A DNA stretch of 64,000 bases from an uncultured Acidobacteriota bacterium (GCA_963770895.1 CAVYRF010000002.1:4576001-4640000), one strand, 5' to 3'; counted from the first letter of the stretch, positions 1-8,686 are shown. Notes: a model not told the origin generated them from the sequence alone. A program made the numbers and translations.

Positions 1-169
1 CCTTGTCGCTGGCGGCATCCAGGATCGGCGTGACCTGATCGAAGCCGCCGATCGCCGGGTCGCCGAGCACCTTGGTCAGCGCGGCGAGGTCGCCCGGCGC
101 CGCGCGCAGGGGTGGCAGGGGAGGCTCGAAGAGGCTGCTGCCGACGAGCAGGGCGAGCCGCTGGCTCAA
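1..169 (-). CDS. Caspase-family (peptidase C14, EACC1-associated type) protein, N-terminal part only; runs off the window edge
   Basis: Not in the ORF track. A TTG start overlaps the upstream TGA (TTGA). Manual translation MSQRLALLVGSSLFEPPLPPLRAAPGDLAALTKVLGDPAIGGFDQV matches the caspase N-terminal pattern (R-x-ALLVG...LR-A...D...L...L-DP-IGGF). Confidence 0.75.
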   Translation of the reverse strand, partial: MSQRLALLVGSSLFEPPLPPLRAAPGDLAALTKVLGDPAIGGFDQVTPILDAASDK

Positions 170-585
170 GGCTCCTTCTTGCCCGCGGCGGGTTTGGCGG
201 CGGGCGGACCGGCTTGCAGGTTGGCCAGCAGGTCGTTGAGCTGCTGGTGGCTGAATTCGCCTCGCGGCAGGTCGACGGCGAAGGAGCTTTTGCCGCTGGT
301 CCACTTGATCTTGAGGGTCTTGCCGTCGCCGCGCTTGAGCCAGCTTTGCAGGAAGGTGACGACGCTGGTGAGCACGCCGGGGAGGGCGGCCACGACCAGC
401 TCGCCGACGGCCAGCAGGTCGCCCTTGGCGCCCCTGGGTGCGGTGCCGCCGGTAGCGAGGCGAGCTTCGACCGGCAGCTGGCGCAGCTCGACCAGCAGGC
501 TGCGCGTCAGGACGTCGACCTGCTCGGCGTCCAGCCCGTCCCCGCCTATGTGTACGACCAGCTCGACCGGCTCGGTGCCTTCCAC
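166..585 (-). CDS. Effector-associated constant component EACC1-like protein
   Basis: GTG start with a GAGGT SD. The 139-aa product has L(x)xELR...APxGAKG, a hydrophobic hairpin (LLAVGELVVAALPGVLTSVVTFLQSWL) and is translationally coupled to a caspase. Confidence 0.75.
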   Translation of the reverse strand: MEGTEPVELVVHIGGDGLDAEQVDVLTRSLLVELRQLPVEARLATGGTAPRGAKGDLLAVGELVVAALPGVLTSVVTFLQSWLKRGDGKTLKIKWTSGKSSFAVDLPRGEFSHQQLNDLLANLQAGPPAAKPAAGKKEP

Positions 586-741
586 GATGGATACCTCGCT
601 TGGTGTGCTTTTGGTGATTCTACCAGTTGCGCAGAACCCAAGAGACGTAGGCGGCGGCGTGCAGCTCTTGCGCTGCAGCGCCGGGCACACTAGCCTGAAA
701 GGTGGTCGCGCAGGCCGCTTCGGCCGTTGCCGCCCGATGCT

Positions 742-1656
742 ATGAAGCCGCAGAGCCGCATTCGCCCACCCGCGGTCGCCGGGCAGTTCTATCCCGGCGA
801 TGCCGCCGTGCTGCGCGCGACGGTCCAGGCGCTGTTGGCCGGTCCGGGCGGCCGCGCCGCGCAGCCGGTGGTGGCGGCGGCGCGGGCAGGTGCCGGCGAC
901 CAGGGCGGCGACACTGCCGCGGCTGGCGCTGGCGTTCCAGGCCGCCCATCCCCCAAGGCGATCATCGCCCCCCATGCCGGCTACGCGTACTCCGGTCCCA
1001 TCGCCGGCTCGGCCTTCCGGGCTTTGGCTCCGGGCACTGCCGGCGCGGGTGCGGGCGGGGTGCGGCGGGTGGTGGTGATCGGTCCGGCGCACCGGGTGGC
1101 GATCCGCGGTCTGGCGCTGCCCGATGCGGCGGGGTTTGCGACGCCGCTGGGGGAGGTGCCGCTGGACGCGGAGGCGTGCGAGCGGCTGGCCGGGCTGCCG
1201 CAGGTTGCGGTGCGGTCCGACGCGCACCGCGACGAGCATGCGCTGGAGGTCGAGCTGCCGTTTCTGCAGGTGTTGCTCGGCGACTTTCGGCTGGTGCCGC
1301 TGGTCGTGGGGCAGGCATCGGGCGCACAGGTGGCGGAGGCGCTGGAGCTGGTGTGGGGCGACGACCAGACCGTCGTGGTCGTCAGCTCCGACCTGTCGCA
1401 CTTCCTGCCGGCGGCGACCGCCGAGCGCGTCGACCGGCAGACCGCGGCGCGGATCGCGGCGCTGGCAGGACCTTTGGCACCCGACCAGGCGTGCGGCGCG
1501 ATTCCGATCAACGGCCTGTTGATCGTGGCCCGCCGCCGCGCGCTGGCGGCCCGCCAGCTGGACCTGCGCCATTCCGGCGACACCTCGGGGGATCGTTCCC
1601 GCGTCGTCGGCTACGGCGCCTGGGCTTTCGAGCCTCAAAATCATCATGCCGCCTGA
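742..1656 (+). CDS. amrB: AmmeMemoRadiSam system protein B (MEMO1 family)
   Basis: Motifs RPPAVAGQFYP, APHAGYAYSG, EHALEVELPFLQ, SSDLSH, ACG and VVGYGA. Confidence 0.95.
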   Translation: MKPQSRIRPPAVAGQFYPGDAAVLRATVQALLAGPGGRAAQPVVAAARAGAGDQGGDTAAAGAGVPGRPSPKAIIAPHAGYAYSGPIAGSAFRALAPGTAGAGAGGVRRVVVIGPAHRVAIRGLALPDAAGFATPLGEVPLDAEACERLAGLPQVAVRSDAHRDEHALEVELPFLQVLLGDFRLVPLVVGQASGAQVAEALELVWGDDQTVVVVSSDLSHFLPAATAERVDRQTAARIAALAGPLAPDQACGAIPINGLLIVARRRALAARQLDLRHSGDTSGDRSRVVGYGAWAFEPQNHHAA

Positions 1657-2353
1657 AACTCACATCGGTCGCGATCCGGATGCGGCGCCGGCCGCCGCGG
1701 CAGCCGAACGCGGGCGCCTGCTGTTGGCGCTGGCGCGCCGGGCGATCGAGGAGGCATTGGGCCTGGCTGCCGCGGCCAACGGAGAGCCGGCGGCGACGTC
1801 GGCGAGCCCGGCGGTGTCGGCGAGTCCGGAAGCTGGGTCCGGGGGATCGGCAGACTCGGCGGCGTCGGCGGCGTCGGGAGCGCGGCAGGATGACGCATGG
1901 CTGCGCGCGCCGGGGGCTTGTTTTGTGACGCTGATGCATGCGGGACGGTTGCGCGGCTGCATCGGGTCGGTGCGGGCGCGGCGGCCCCTGGGCGAAGACG
2001 TGCGCGCCAATGCGCGGGCGGCGGCGCTGGCGGACCCGCGTTTTCCGCCGCTGGCCGCGCACGAGCTGGCGGCGACGCGGATCGAGGTGTCGCTGCTATC
2101 GGCGCCCGTGCCGCTTTTGGTGCGCGACGAGGCGGAGGCGCTGGCCGCGCTGCGGCCGGGGACGGACGGCGTGATCCTGGAGATGCGCGGCGGGGAGCGC
2201 TCCACCTTCCTGCCGCAGGTGTGGGACAGCTTGCCGTCACCGCGGGAATTCCTTGGCCAGCTGAAGCGCAAGGCCGGGTTGCCGGCCGACTTCTGGTCGG
2301 CGGACCTGCACCTTTTCCGCTACACGGTGATGCATTGGCAAGAGCCGTCGTGA
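1646..2353 (+). CDS. amrA: AmmeMemoRadiSam system protein A (AMMECR1 family)
   Basis: Motifs ACFVTL...LRGCIG, DPRFPP and TFLPQVW; overlaps the amrB stop. Confidence 0.95.
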   Translation: MPPETHIGRDPDAAPAAAAAERGRLLLALARRAIEEALGLAAAANGEPAATSASPAVSASPEAGSGGSADSAASAASGARQDDAWLRAPGACFVTLMHAGRLRGCIGSVRARRPLGEDVRANARAAALADPRFPPLAAHELAATRIEVSLLSAPVPLLVRDEAEALAALRPGTDGVILEMRGGERSTFLPQVWDSLPSPREFLGQLKRKAGLPADFWSADLHLFRYTVMHWQEPS

Positions 2354-2384
2354 TCGCGGCGCGCGATCGAATGGATTTTGGGTC

Positions 2385-2412
2385 TTGACATCGGCCAAAC
2401 GCTTGCTATGAT
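2385..2412 (+). promoter_or_regulatory. Near-consensus sigma70 promoter
   Basis: TTGACA (2385-2390), 16-nt spacer, TG-n-TATGAT (2407-2412, extended -10). Confidence 0.8.
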
Positions 2413-2478
2413 CCGCGTCCTTGCACGGTTGGGCTCGATCTTCAAGATCGCCAACCTGACCGTGACGGAGCCGACACG

Positions 2479-2625
2479 ATGAGAGCTCACCAGCCAATCG
2501 ATACGACGGATCGGATTCGCGGCGCCGCCAAACGCGGCGCGCGGGGATCGGATTGCGTCGGACAGCAGCGCTCGCTTTCCGCCCGCCGGGTGGAAGCCGG
2601 GCGCCATGGGGAGCTCGTCTCGTAA
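2479..2625 (+). CDS. Putative 48-aa leader peptide (uORF)
   Basis: GGAG SD 8 nt upstream of ATG; MRAHQPIDTTDRIRGAAKR...ELVS*; the stop lies 26 nt before a terminator hairpin. Confidence 0.4.
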   Translation: MRAHQPIDTTDRIRGAAKRGARGSDCVGQQRSLSARRVEAGRHGELVS

Positions 2626-2651
2626 AGGTTTCGCACGCAAAGTGCGGTGCT

Positions 2652-2694
2652 AAAGACCTTCCGGGATGCCCTCCCGGAAGGTCTTTTTGCTTTT
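2652..2694 (+). terminator. Rho-independent terminator/attenuator hairpin inside the leader
   Basis: Perfect 15-bp stem AAAGACCTTCCGGGA-tgccc-TCCCGGAAGGTCTTT followed by TTGCTTTT. Confidence 0.8.
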
Positions 2695-2857
2695 GGAGCG
2701 TCCGCTGCGCGGCACCTGGGACAGCGCATCGGCGTATCTTGCGATCGGGCGCTCCGGCGGCAAACTGAACAGAGGCTTCGCTTCGGGTGGTGCGCGCGCC
2801 TCGCGCAAGCGATGGGTGGCGCGTATTCCAAAACCGGTTCGTAGAGCGCAGCACCCC

Positions 2858-2928
2858 GTGTGGCTAGCTCAATGGATAGAGCGACGGGCGTGGCCCGGAT
2901 GTTGGAGGTTCGAATCCTCCGCCACACG
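2858..2928 (+). ncRNA. tRNA-like element with a collapsed anticodon loop
   Basis: Intact acceptor stem GTGTGGC/GCCACAC, D arm GCTC..GAGC and T arm GGAGG-TTCGAAT-CCTCC. The anticodon arm CGGGC-GTG-GCCCG has only a 3-nt loop. No encoded CCA. Confidence 0.75.
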
Positions 2929-2944
2929 ACAGGCATGGAACCTG

Positions 2945-3017
2945 TCATGGCTAGCTCAATGGTTAGAGCACCGAGCTGATAACTCGGACGTTGGAGGTTC
3001 GAATCCTCCGCCAACCG
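2945..3017 (+). tRNA. tRNA-Ile(GAT)-like gene with a broken acceptor stem (pseudo-tRNA or tRNA mimic)
   Basis: Canonical D arm, anticodon arm CCGAG-CTGATAA-CTCGG and T arm. Acceptor TCATGGC/GCCAACC pairs at only 4 of 7 positions. No CCA. Confidence 0.7.
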
Positions 3018-3357
3018 TCAATGGTTGTGTAGCAAGGTCGTGAGGGAGGGCGGCCGGGATCTGCCCGCCGCCGCCGGCCCGCGCCGGAGCGCCGTCTGCT
3101 CCGCCGCGGTGTGCGGTGACGGCAGCATGCGAAGGCGCCTTGCGGTGCCGCTGCCCTGGTCCGTCCAAACGCCGGTTGCTGCCGCGGGTAGCGCATGGCG
3201 GCATGCATCCGGCGGGGACGGCGGGTCAGGAGCGGTGCTCCGCGCCGGAGGTGCGGCGCCTGGCCGCACCTCCCTCTCGACCCCTGGCCTGGCGCGCGCT
3301 CACCGCGGGCGCGTCTTGCCGACGAAGGTGATGTGCGCCGTGGTAAGGAGGTGAGAG

Positions 3358-4458
3358 ATGTGGTGCAAGCTGGTGAAGGTGGCCGCCTACGAGCGCGGCC
3401 TGGTGTTTCGCGATGGTGCGCTGGCGCGCCTGCTGGCGCCGGGTTGGCATTGGCTGTGGGAGCCGTCCGGCGCGGTGCGATTTGAAAAGGTTTCGGTGCG
3501 GGAGCCGTGGGTGCGGCACCGCGACCTGGAGGTGATCGCCAGGTCGGCGGCGCTGGCCGACGAGGCGCTGATCCTGGACCTCAAGGACCACGAGCGGGCG
3601 CTGGTGTGGATCGACGGCCGTCTGGCCGCGGTCTGCGCGCCGGGTCTGTACGTGCTGTGGACGGCGTTTCACGAGGTGCACGTCGAGCGCATCGACGCGC
3701 GGCCGATCCGCTTCGAGCATGCCCAGCTGGCGCTGGTGCTGGCGGCCGACGGCAAGGACCTGCTGGAGTCGCTGGTGGTGCCGGCAGGCTGGGCCGGCCT
3801 GGTGTTCCAGGACGGCCGGCACGCCGCGACGCTCGCGGCGGGCACCTACGCGTTCTGGCGCCGGCTGGCGCAGGTCAAGTTCCAGCTGGTCGACCTGCGT
3901 GAGCAGTCGGTGGACGTGCCGGGCCAGGAGATCATGACCGCCGACCGCGTCACGCTGCGGCTCAACGCGGTGGTGTCGTTCCGGGTTGTCGACCCGGTCA
4001 AGGCGCTCTTGGAGGTGGACGGTTATGACAAGGCGCTGTACCGGCACGCACAGCTGGCGCTGCGGGCGGCAATCGGCACCCGCGAGCTGGACGTGCTGCT
4101 GGCGGAGAAGGACGCGCTGGCGGAAACCCTGGCGGTCGCGCTACGGCAGGGCGTCGCCGCGTTCGGCCTCGAGCTGCGCGCGTTCGGCATCCGTGACGTG
4201 ATCCTGCCGGGTGAGATGAAGGAGCTGCTCAACCGGGTGACGGCGGCCCGCAAGGTGGCCGAGGCCGCGCTGATCACGCGGCGTGAGGAGACCGCGGCGA
4301 TCCGTTCGCAGGCCAACACGGCGCGTATCTTCGAGTCGAACGCGACCCTGATGCGTCTGCGCGAGCTGGAGGTGCTGGAGAAGGTGGCCGGCACGGCCAA
4401 GCTGTCCGTCGTCCTTGGCGACGGCGGCCTGACCGACCGGGTGGTGAAGCTGCTTTGA
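3358..4458 (+). CDS. Slipin family (SPFH/band 7) protein
   Basis: AGGAGG SD; repeated ERGLVFRDG...L.PG units, then VDLREQ..DVPGQEIMTADRVTLRLN, IRDVILPG and RREETAAIRSQANTA. Confidence 0.9.
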   Translation: MWCKLVKVAAYERGLVFRDGALARLLAPGWHWLWEPSGAVRFEKVSVREPWVRHRDLEVIARSAALADEALILDLKDHERALVWIDGRLAAVCAPGLYVLWTAFHEVHVERIDARPIRFEHAQLALVLAADGKDLLESLVVPAGWAGLVFQDGRHAATLAAGTYAFWRRLAQVKFQLVDLREQSVDVPGQEIMTADRVTLRLNAVVSFRVVDPVKALLEVDGYDKALYRHAQLALRAAIGTRELDVLLAEKDALAETLAVALRQGVAAFGLELRAFGIRDVILPGEMKELLNRVTAARKVAEAALITRREETAAIRSQANTARIFESNATLMRLRELEVLEKVAGTAKLSVVLGDGGLTDRVVKLL

Positions 4459-4570
4459 CCGCCCGCCGGCCAGCCCGCGGCAGTTGCGCGGCGTCATTCC
4501 AGACGCTGGTGGCGTGTGCCACCGGCGCGCGGGGTGGCGCCGCTTTTTTTGCCTTTTGATGCCCTGCCGA

Positions 4571-5851
4571 TCAGTAGAGCGGGCTGAAGAACACCGTCAG
4601 CAGCTCGCCCAGGCGGGCTTTCCAACCGCGGTGGCTCCAGCGTTCGTAGGTAACCTCGCGGCACTGGCCCAGATCGTTGGTAAACATCGCCTCGGCTTCG
4701 CCGGCAAAGCCGCGGTCGTAGACGGTGATGCTCTCTTCGGCGTTTTTGGCCATCGAGCGGGCGTCCATGTTGATCGATCCGACGATGGTGAACATGCCGT
4801 CGAACACGGCGGTCTTGCTGTGCATCATGGTGTGCAGGTATTCGTAGACCTTGACGCCGCCTTTCAGCAGCTCGCCGTGCGAAGCGCGCGAGGCCATGCG
4901 CACCAGCGCCACGTCGTTGTGTTTGCCGGGGATGATGATGCGCACGTCGACGCCGCGCTTCACCGCCTGGATGAGGGCGGCGCGCATCTGCACGTCGGGC
5001 AGGAAATAGGCGTTTTGAATGTGGATCGACTTTACGGCCGATTGGATCGCCAGGTAATACAGCATCTTGGCCAGCGACGACGCGTCGCCCCGCGCCACCT
5101 TGATCGCCTGCGCCGGAAGGTCGCCGGCCGGCTCGATCGGCGGATAGAAGTTGTCGCCGGCCAGGATCTCGCCCGTCGTATAGGTCCAGTCCTCGGCGAA
5201 GATCGCCTGCATCTGCGCCGCGGTGGGGCCGGTCACCTCCACCTCGGTGTCGCGCCATTCGTTGGCGTTGCGGGCGTTGCCCAGCCAGCGCGCTTCGATG
5301 CCGAGCCCGCCGGTGAAGCAGACGGTGCCGTCCACCACCAGGATCTTGCGATGGGTGCGCTGGCCGAGCCGCTGGATGTTCCACAGCCGCACCGGGTGGT
5401 AGATCCGGAAGTTGACGCCGGCCGCCTTCATGCGGTCGGCCAGCGCTCCCGGATGGCCGGCAAAGCCGTCGACCAGAACCCGCACTTCGACGCCGCGCTG
5501 GGCGGCGCCCACCACCGCGTCGGTGATCAGGCTGCCAGCCGCGTTGTCGCTGAAGATGTACGACTCGAGGTTGACCGTATGGCGCGCCGCCGCGATCGCC
5601 CGCACCATGGCGGGGAACACCCCGTCGCCGTTCTGCAACAGCTGGATGCGGTTGCCTTTGACCATGGCGTTGCCGAAGCCGTCGAGCGAGCGGCGGAACG
5701 CGGGATCGTCGACCGGCGCCGGGTGATTGAGATGAAAGGTCTGCCGCTTGGTCGCCGTGGTGGTGCAACCTGTGCCGAGCGCCAGCAGGGCCGCGGCGAG
5801 CAGGCACCCGGCGATCGTCCGGGACGGGCCGGTCGGTTGCGCCGCGCTCAT
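4571..5851 (-). CDS. cls: Cardiolipin synthase / phospholipase D family protein
   Basis: Two HKD motifs (THRKILVVDG; MHSKTAVFDG...GSIN); N-terminal lipobox-like GTGC. Confidence 0.88.
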   Translation of the reverse strand: MSAAQPTGPSRTIAGCLLAAALLALGTGCTTTATKRQTFHLNHPAPVDDPAFRRSLDGFGNAMVKGNRIQLLQNGDGVFPAMVRAIAAARHTVNLESYIFSDNAAGSLITDAVVGAAQRGVEVRVLVDGFAGHPGALADRMKAAGVNFRIYHPVRLWNIQRLGQRTHRKILVVDGTVCFTGGLGIEARWLGNARNANEWRDTEVEVTGPTAAQMQAIFAEDWTYTTGEILAGDNFYPPIEPAGDLPAQAIKVARGDASSLAKMLYYLAIQSAVKSIHIQNAYFLPDVQMRAALIQAVKRGVDVRIIIPGKHNDVALVRMASRASHGELLKGGVKVYEYLHTMMHSKTAVFDGMFTIVGSINMDARSMAKNAEESITVYDRGFAGEAEAMFTNDLGQCREVTYERWSHRGWKARLGELLTVFFSPLY

Positions 5852-6507
5852 TGGGGGTGACCCTCGGGGTCGAGCAGCGTTGCCAGGAGCTTTTCGTGCT
5901 CGGGAAAGCTGTGACGGTAGTCGTCGCGGCCGCGCGCGATCACGTCGCGCGCCTCGTCGCGGCCGTAGGTGCCGGCGATCTCCACCTTTTCGCGCCCGCC
6001 GGGGGCCAGCTTGTAGGTCAGGAAATAGTGGGTCAGCCGCTCGACCAGCGCGGGCGGCAGGTCCGCCAGCTCTTGGACGCCGCCGAACGTCACGTCGTCT
6101 TCGAGGACGGCGACGACCTTGTCGTCGGCCTCCCCCGTATCGATCACCCGCAGGCCGCCGATCGGGATCGCCTGGAGCAGGAAGTCGCCGTGCGAGAACG
6201 CCCGTTCCGACAGCACGCAGATGTCGAGCGGATCGCCGTCGCCCCCCAGGTCCTGGCGGCCGGTGCGCTGGCGCGCCAGCGCCGCCAGCGATTCCCCTGA
6301 ATAGGTCTGGGGGACGAACCCGTAGAGCGTCGGGCAGACATTGGAAAACTGCTGCGGGCGATCGATCTTCAGGTGACCGGTCGCCTTGTCGATCTCGTAC
6401 TTGACCGCGTCCGCGGGCACGATTTCGACGTAGACCGTCACCACCGCCGGCGCCTGCCTGCCGATCGGCACGCCGTGCCAGGGATGGGTCTTGAACAGCC
6501 GCTGCAT
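5848..6507 (-). CDS. ppa: Family I inorganic pyrophosphatase
   Basis: HPWHG, KYEIDK, YGFVPQT, GDGDPLDICVL and DTGEADDK; ATG at 6507 with an SD. Confidence 0.93.
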   Translation of the reverse strand: MQRLFKTHPWHGVPIGRQAPAVVTVYVEIVPADAVKYEIDKATGHLKIDRPQQFSNVCPTLYGFVPQTYSGESLAALARQRTGRQDLGGDGDPLDICVLSERAFSHGDFLLQAIPIGGLRVIDTGEADDKVVAVLEDDVTFGGVQELADLPPALVERLTHYFLTYKLAPGGREKVEIAGTYGRDEARDVIARGRDDYRHSFPEHEKLLATLLDPEGHPQ

Positions 6508-6509
6508 CC

Positions 6510-8609
6510 TCAACTCCCAGGCGCTGCGTCGCGCATCGTGACGTGGGTGCTCTGCTTGCCGTGCGATTCTAACAGCGGTGCCGGGTCGGCGCCCGCGCCG
6601 CCCTGGCTTTCGAACCATTTGCGGGCGCCGACCAGCTTCCACGAACGTTGGCCCTGGCGCAGCTGCATGCCGACGCTGAGCGGTCCGTAGGCGGCGTACA
6701 GGACGCCGTCGTCGCGGCCGCCGGCAAAGCGCAGCCGGGCGCGGATGCTGGCCTTGCCGGCGGTCATCGTCAGCCCGTCGATGGCGATCGAGCCCCTGGC
6801 CATCGCCAGTTCGCCGCTGGCGTCGATCGGGTGCAGGTCGAGCAGGCGGTCGAGCCACCCGAGCAGCGGCTTGGGCCGCGGCGCGAACAGCGCCAGGAGC
6901 GGCCGCGTGTCGCTCAGCGTGCTGCGCATGCGCGCCTGCAGCTCCACCTGCCCGGTGCGCGCGACCGACAGGTAGTCGAGATGCACCCGCGCCCACCAGC
7001 CGCCGCCGCCCCTGCCGCCGGCGCCGCGATTGCGGTCGTCCCCGTTGCCGCCGTCGCCGTCCAGGCGCTGGACGTCGCCCAGCGCCACGTCGCTTTCGGT
7101 GAGCAGCAGCCGCCGCTGCAACAGCAGGGCGCGAAACCGGCTCCGCGCCTGAAGATTGCCGCGCAGGTGGGCGCCCGGCAGCAGGACCTCGACGGCGCGG
7201 CCGCGCAGGTCGATGCCGCCCGCCGCCTCCCACGCCGGCGCCGCGGCGCGCAGGTTGGCGCTCACCACGCCGGTGCCGCCGGCGAGCTGCACGCCGGCGC
7301 CGCGCGGCAGGTTGCGGTTGTAGGAGCTGAAGTCGCTGATCGCCGTCGGCGGCAGGTCGATCGCCACTGCCGCCGGCACCGGCAGGGCGGCGACACGCAG
7401 GTCGCGGGTGGCGATCTCGACGCGCAGGCCGCGCCCCTGCGCACGCTTCTCGCCGGCGCCTTCCCGGCCCAGCTGGAACTGGTCGAACGCCGCGACCAGC
7501 CTGCCCACCGGTCCGCCGCGGTCCGCCGCCACGTCCCAGGTCACCTGGCATCGCCCCGTCGCCACGTCGTCGAGCAGCCGCGCGGTCACGCTGCCCGGCC
7601 GTGCCGCCACGTGGGCACCGGGCAGGTACATGCCGTGGCGTACGTCCAGGGAGGCCTCGAAGGTGCCGGCGTCGCCGCCCAGCTCGATCCATGGCACCGC
7701 GGCCACGTACGGTGCGAGAAAGCCCAGGCTCTGCATGCGGCCGCGCAGGCGCACGCTGCCGCTTGCCAGCGGCAGGAAGCCGCCCTGCAAGTTGGTGGGG
7801 TCGACGGGCGGCAGCTCGAAGCGCACCGCTCCGGTCATGCCGTCGAGCAGCGGCCGGTCGCTCACCTGGAGCGCGCCCCAGCGCAGGTCGGCCGTCGCGC
7901 TGTCGAGCGTGAACCGGTGGGCGTTCTCCATGTCGAAGCCGCCCTGGACGCGCGCCTGGCCGGCGAAGCGATAGCCGGCGATCCACACCTCCCGCACCCG
8001 CTCCAGCGTCACCCCCGCCAGGCGGATGCGCCACCGTCCCCGCTCGTCCTCCGGCCCCGCGGGCGGCGGGGGAGCCGTCGTATTGACCAGGCCGGGAATG
8101 ACCGGCACCTGCGGCGGCGGCTCGGCGGGATGCCACGCCAGATCCGGGCGCGGGCCGGCGCCGGCGGCGGAGGAGGCGATATCGCCGTGAGGGGAGGCCG
8201 CTTCGCCGGCGCCGCCGGGCTTGCCGGGAGCGCCGGCCCCAGGGGAGGCGGTCTGCTCCGGCCGCCGGCGCAGGCGAAAGGCGACGCCGCTGGCGGTCAG
8301 CGAGCTGGCGGCCAGCTCGCGCCGCAGCAGCCGCGGCAGGTCGATGGCGATCGTCGCCGAGTCGATGCCCGCCCACCACTGCGAAGTGCGCGCCTGCCCG
8401 ACGAGCTCTATGCGCTCCAGGTGGACCACGCCCGGCAGCACCGTCCAGGCGGAGGCATAGTGCAGGACGAAGCGGTCCGGGTGCCGGTTGATCAGCCGCA
8501 GCAGCCACCCCGACCGCAGCAGGACGTTGGCCGCCGCCAGGTAGCCGCCGAGGCAGACGGCGAGGATCGCGGCCCCGGTGAGGAGCAGCTTGCGCGTTGA
8601 GCTTTTCAT
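6510..8609 (-). CDS. Membrane-anchored beta-rich hypothetical protein (AsmA/DUF748-like)
   Basis: N-terminal TM segment then long amphipathic beta-rich sequence; first gene of the run leading to ppa and cls. The family call is tentative. Confidence 0.6.
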   Translation of the reverse strand: MKSSTRKLLLTGAAILAVCLGGYLAAANVLLRSGWLLRLINRHPDRFVLHYASAWTVLPGVVHLERIELVGQARTSQWWAGIDSATIAIDLPRLLRRELAASSLTASGVAFRLRRRPEQTASPGAGAPGKPGGAGEAASPHGDIASSAAGAGPRPDLAWHPAEPPPQVPVIPGLVNTTAPPPPAGPEDERGRWRIRLAGVTLERVREVWIAGYRFAGQARVQGGFDMENAHRFTLDSATADLRWGALQVSDRPLLDGMTGAVRFELPPVDPTNLQGGFLPLASGSVRLRGRMQSLGFLAPYVAAVPWIELGGDAGTFEASLDVRHGMYLPGAHVAARPGSVTARLLDDVATGRCQVTWDVAADRGGPVGRLVAAFDQFQLGREGAGEKRAQGRGLRVEIATRDLRVAALPVPAAVAIDLPPTAISDFSSYNRNLPRGAGVQLAGGTGVVSANLRAAAPAWEAAGGIDLRGRAVEVLLPGAHLRGNLQARSRFRALLLQRRLLLTESDVALGDVQRLDGDGGNGDDRNRGAGGRGGGGWWARVHLDYLSVARTGQVELQARMRSTLSDTRPLLALFAPRPKPLLGWLDRLLDLHPIDASGELAMARGSIAIDGLTMTAGKASIRARLRFAGGRDDGVLYAAYGPLSVGMQLRQGQRSWKLVGARKWFESQGGAGADPAPLLESHGKQSTHVTMRDAAPGS

Positions 8610-8650
8610 GTCGGCGGGCGGATCGCTGTCAGGCTGTCGCCGGCGAACCC

Positions 8651-8686
8651 TGCGAGGCGCGTGCCAGACCTGGCACAGGTGTTGCT
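8651..8686. promoter_or_regulatory. Back-to-back divergent sigma54 (-24/-12) promoters
   Basis: Plus strand TGGCAC-AGGTG-TTGCT (8671-8686); minus strand TGGCAC-GCGCC-TCGCA (8666-8651). Confidence 0.7.

Noticed and set aside
742-2353. Functional link between amrB/amrA and the tRNA-like leader
   Set aside because: The leader has its own strong promoter and amrS is absent from the window; adjacency alone is not evidence.
2945-3017. Functional tRNA-Ile as an island integration site
   Set aside because: The acceptor stem is broken, there is no CCA or adjacent integrase, and the only repeat is the neighbouring tRNA-like unit.
5848-8508. 886-aa 'fusion' ending in pyrophosphatase, and similar long N-extensions at 166-1647, 11389-15699, 16762-18711, 24592-28299 and 57312-59123
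   Set aside because: The real starts are internal, with SD sequences or stop/start overlaps; the extensions overlap other genuine genes.
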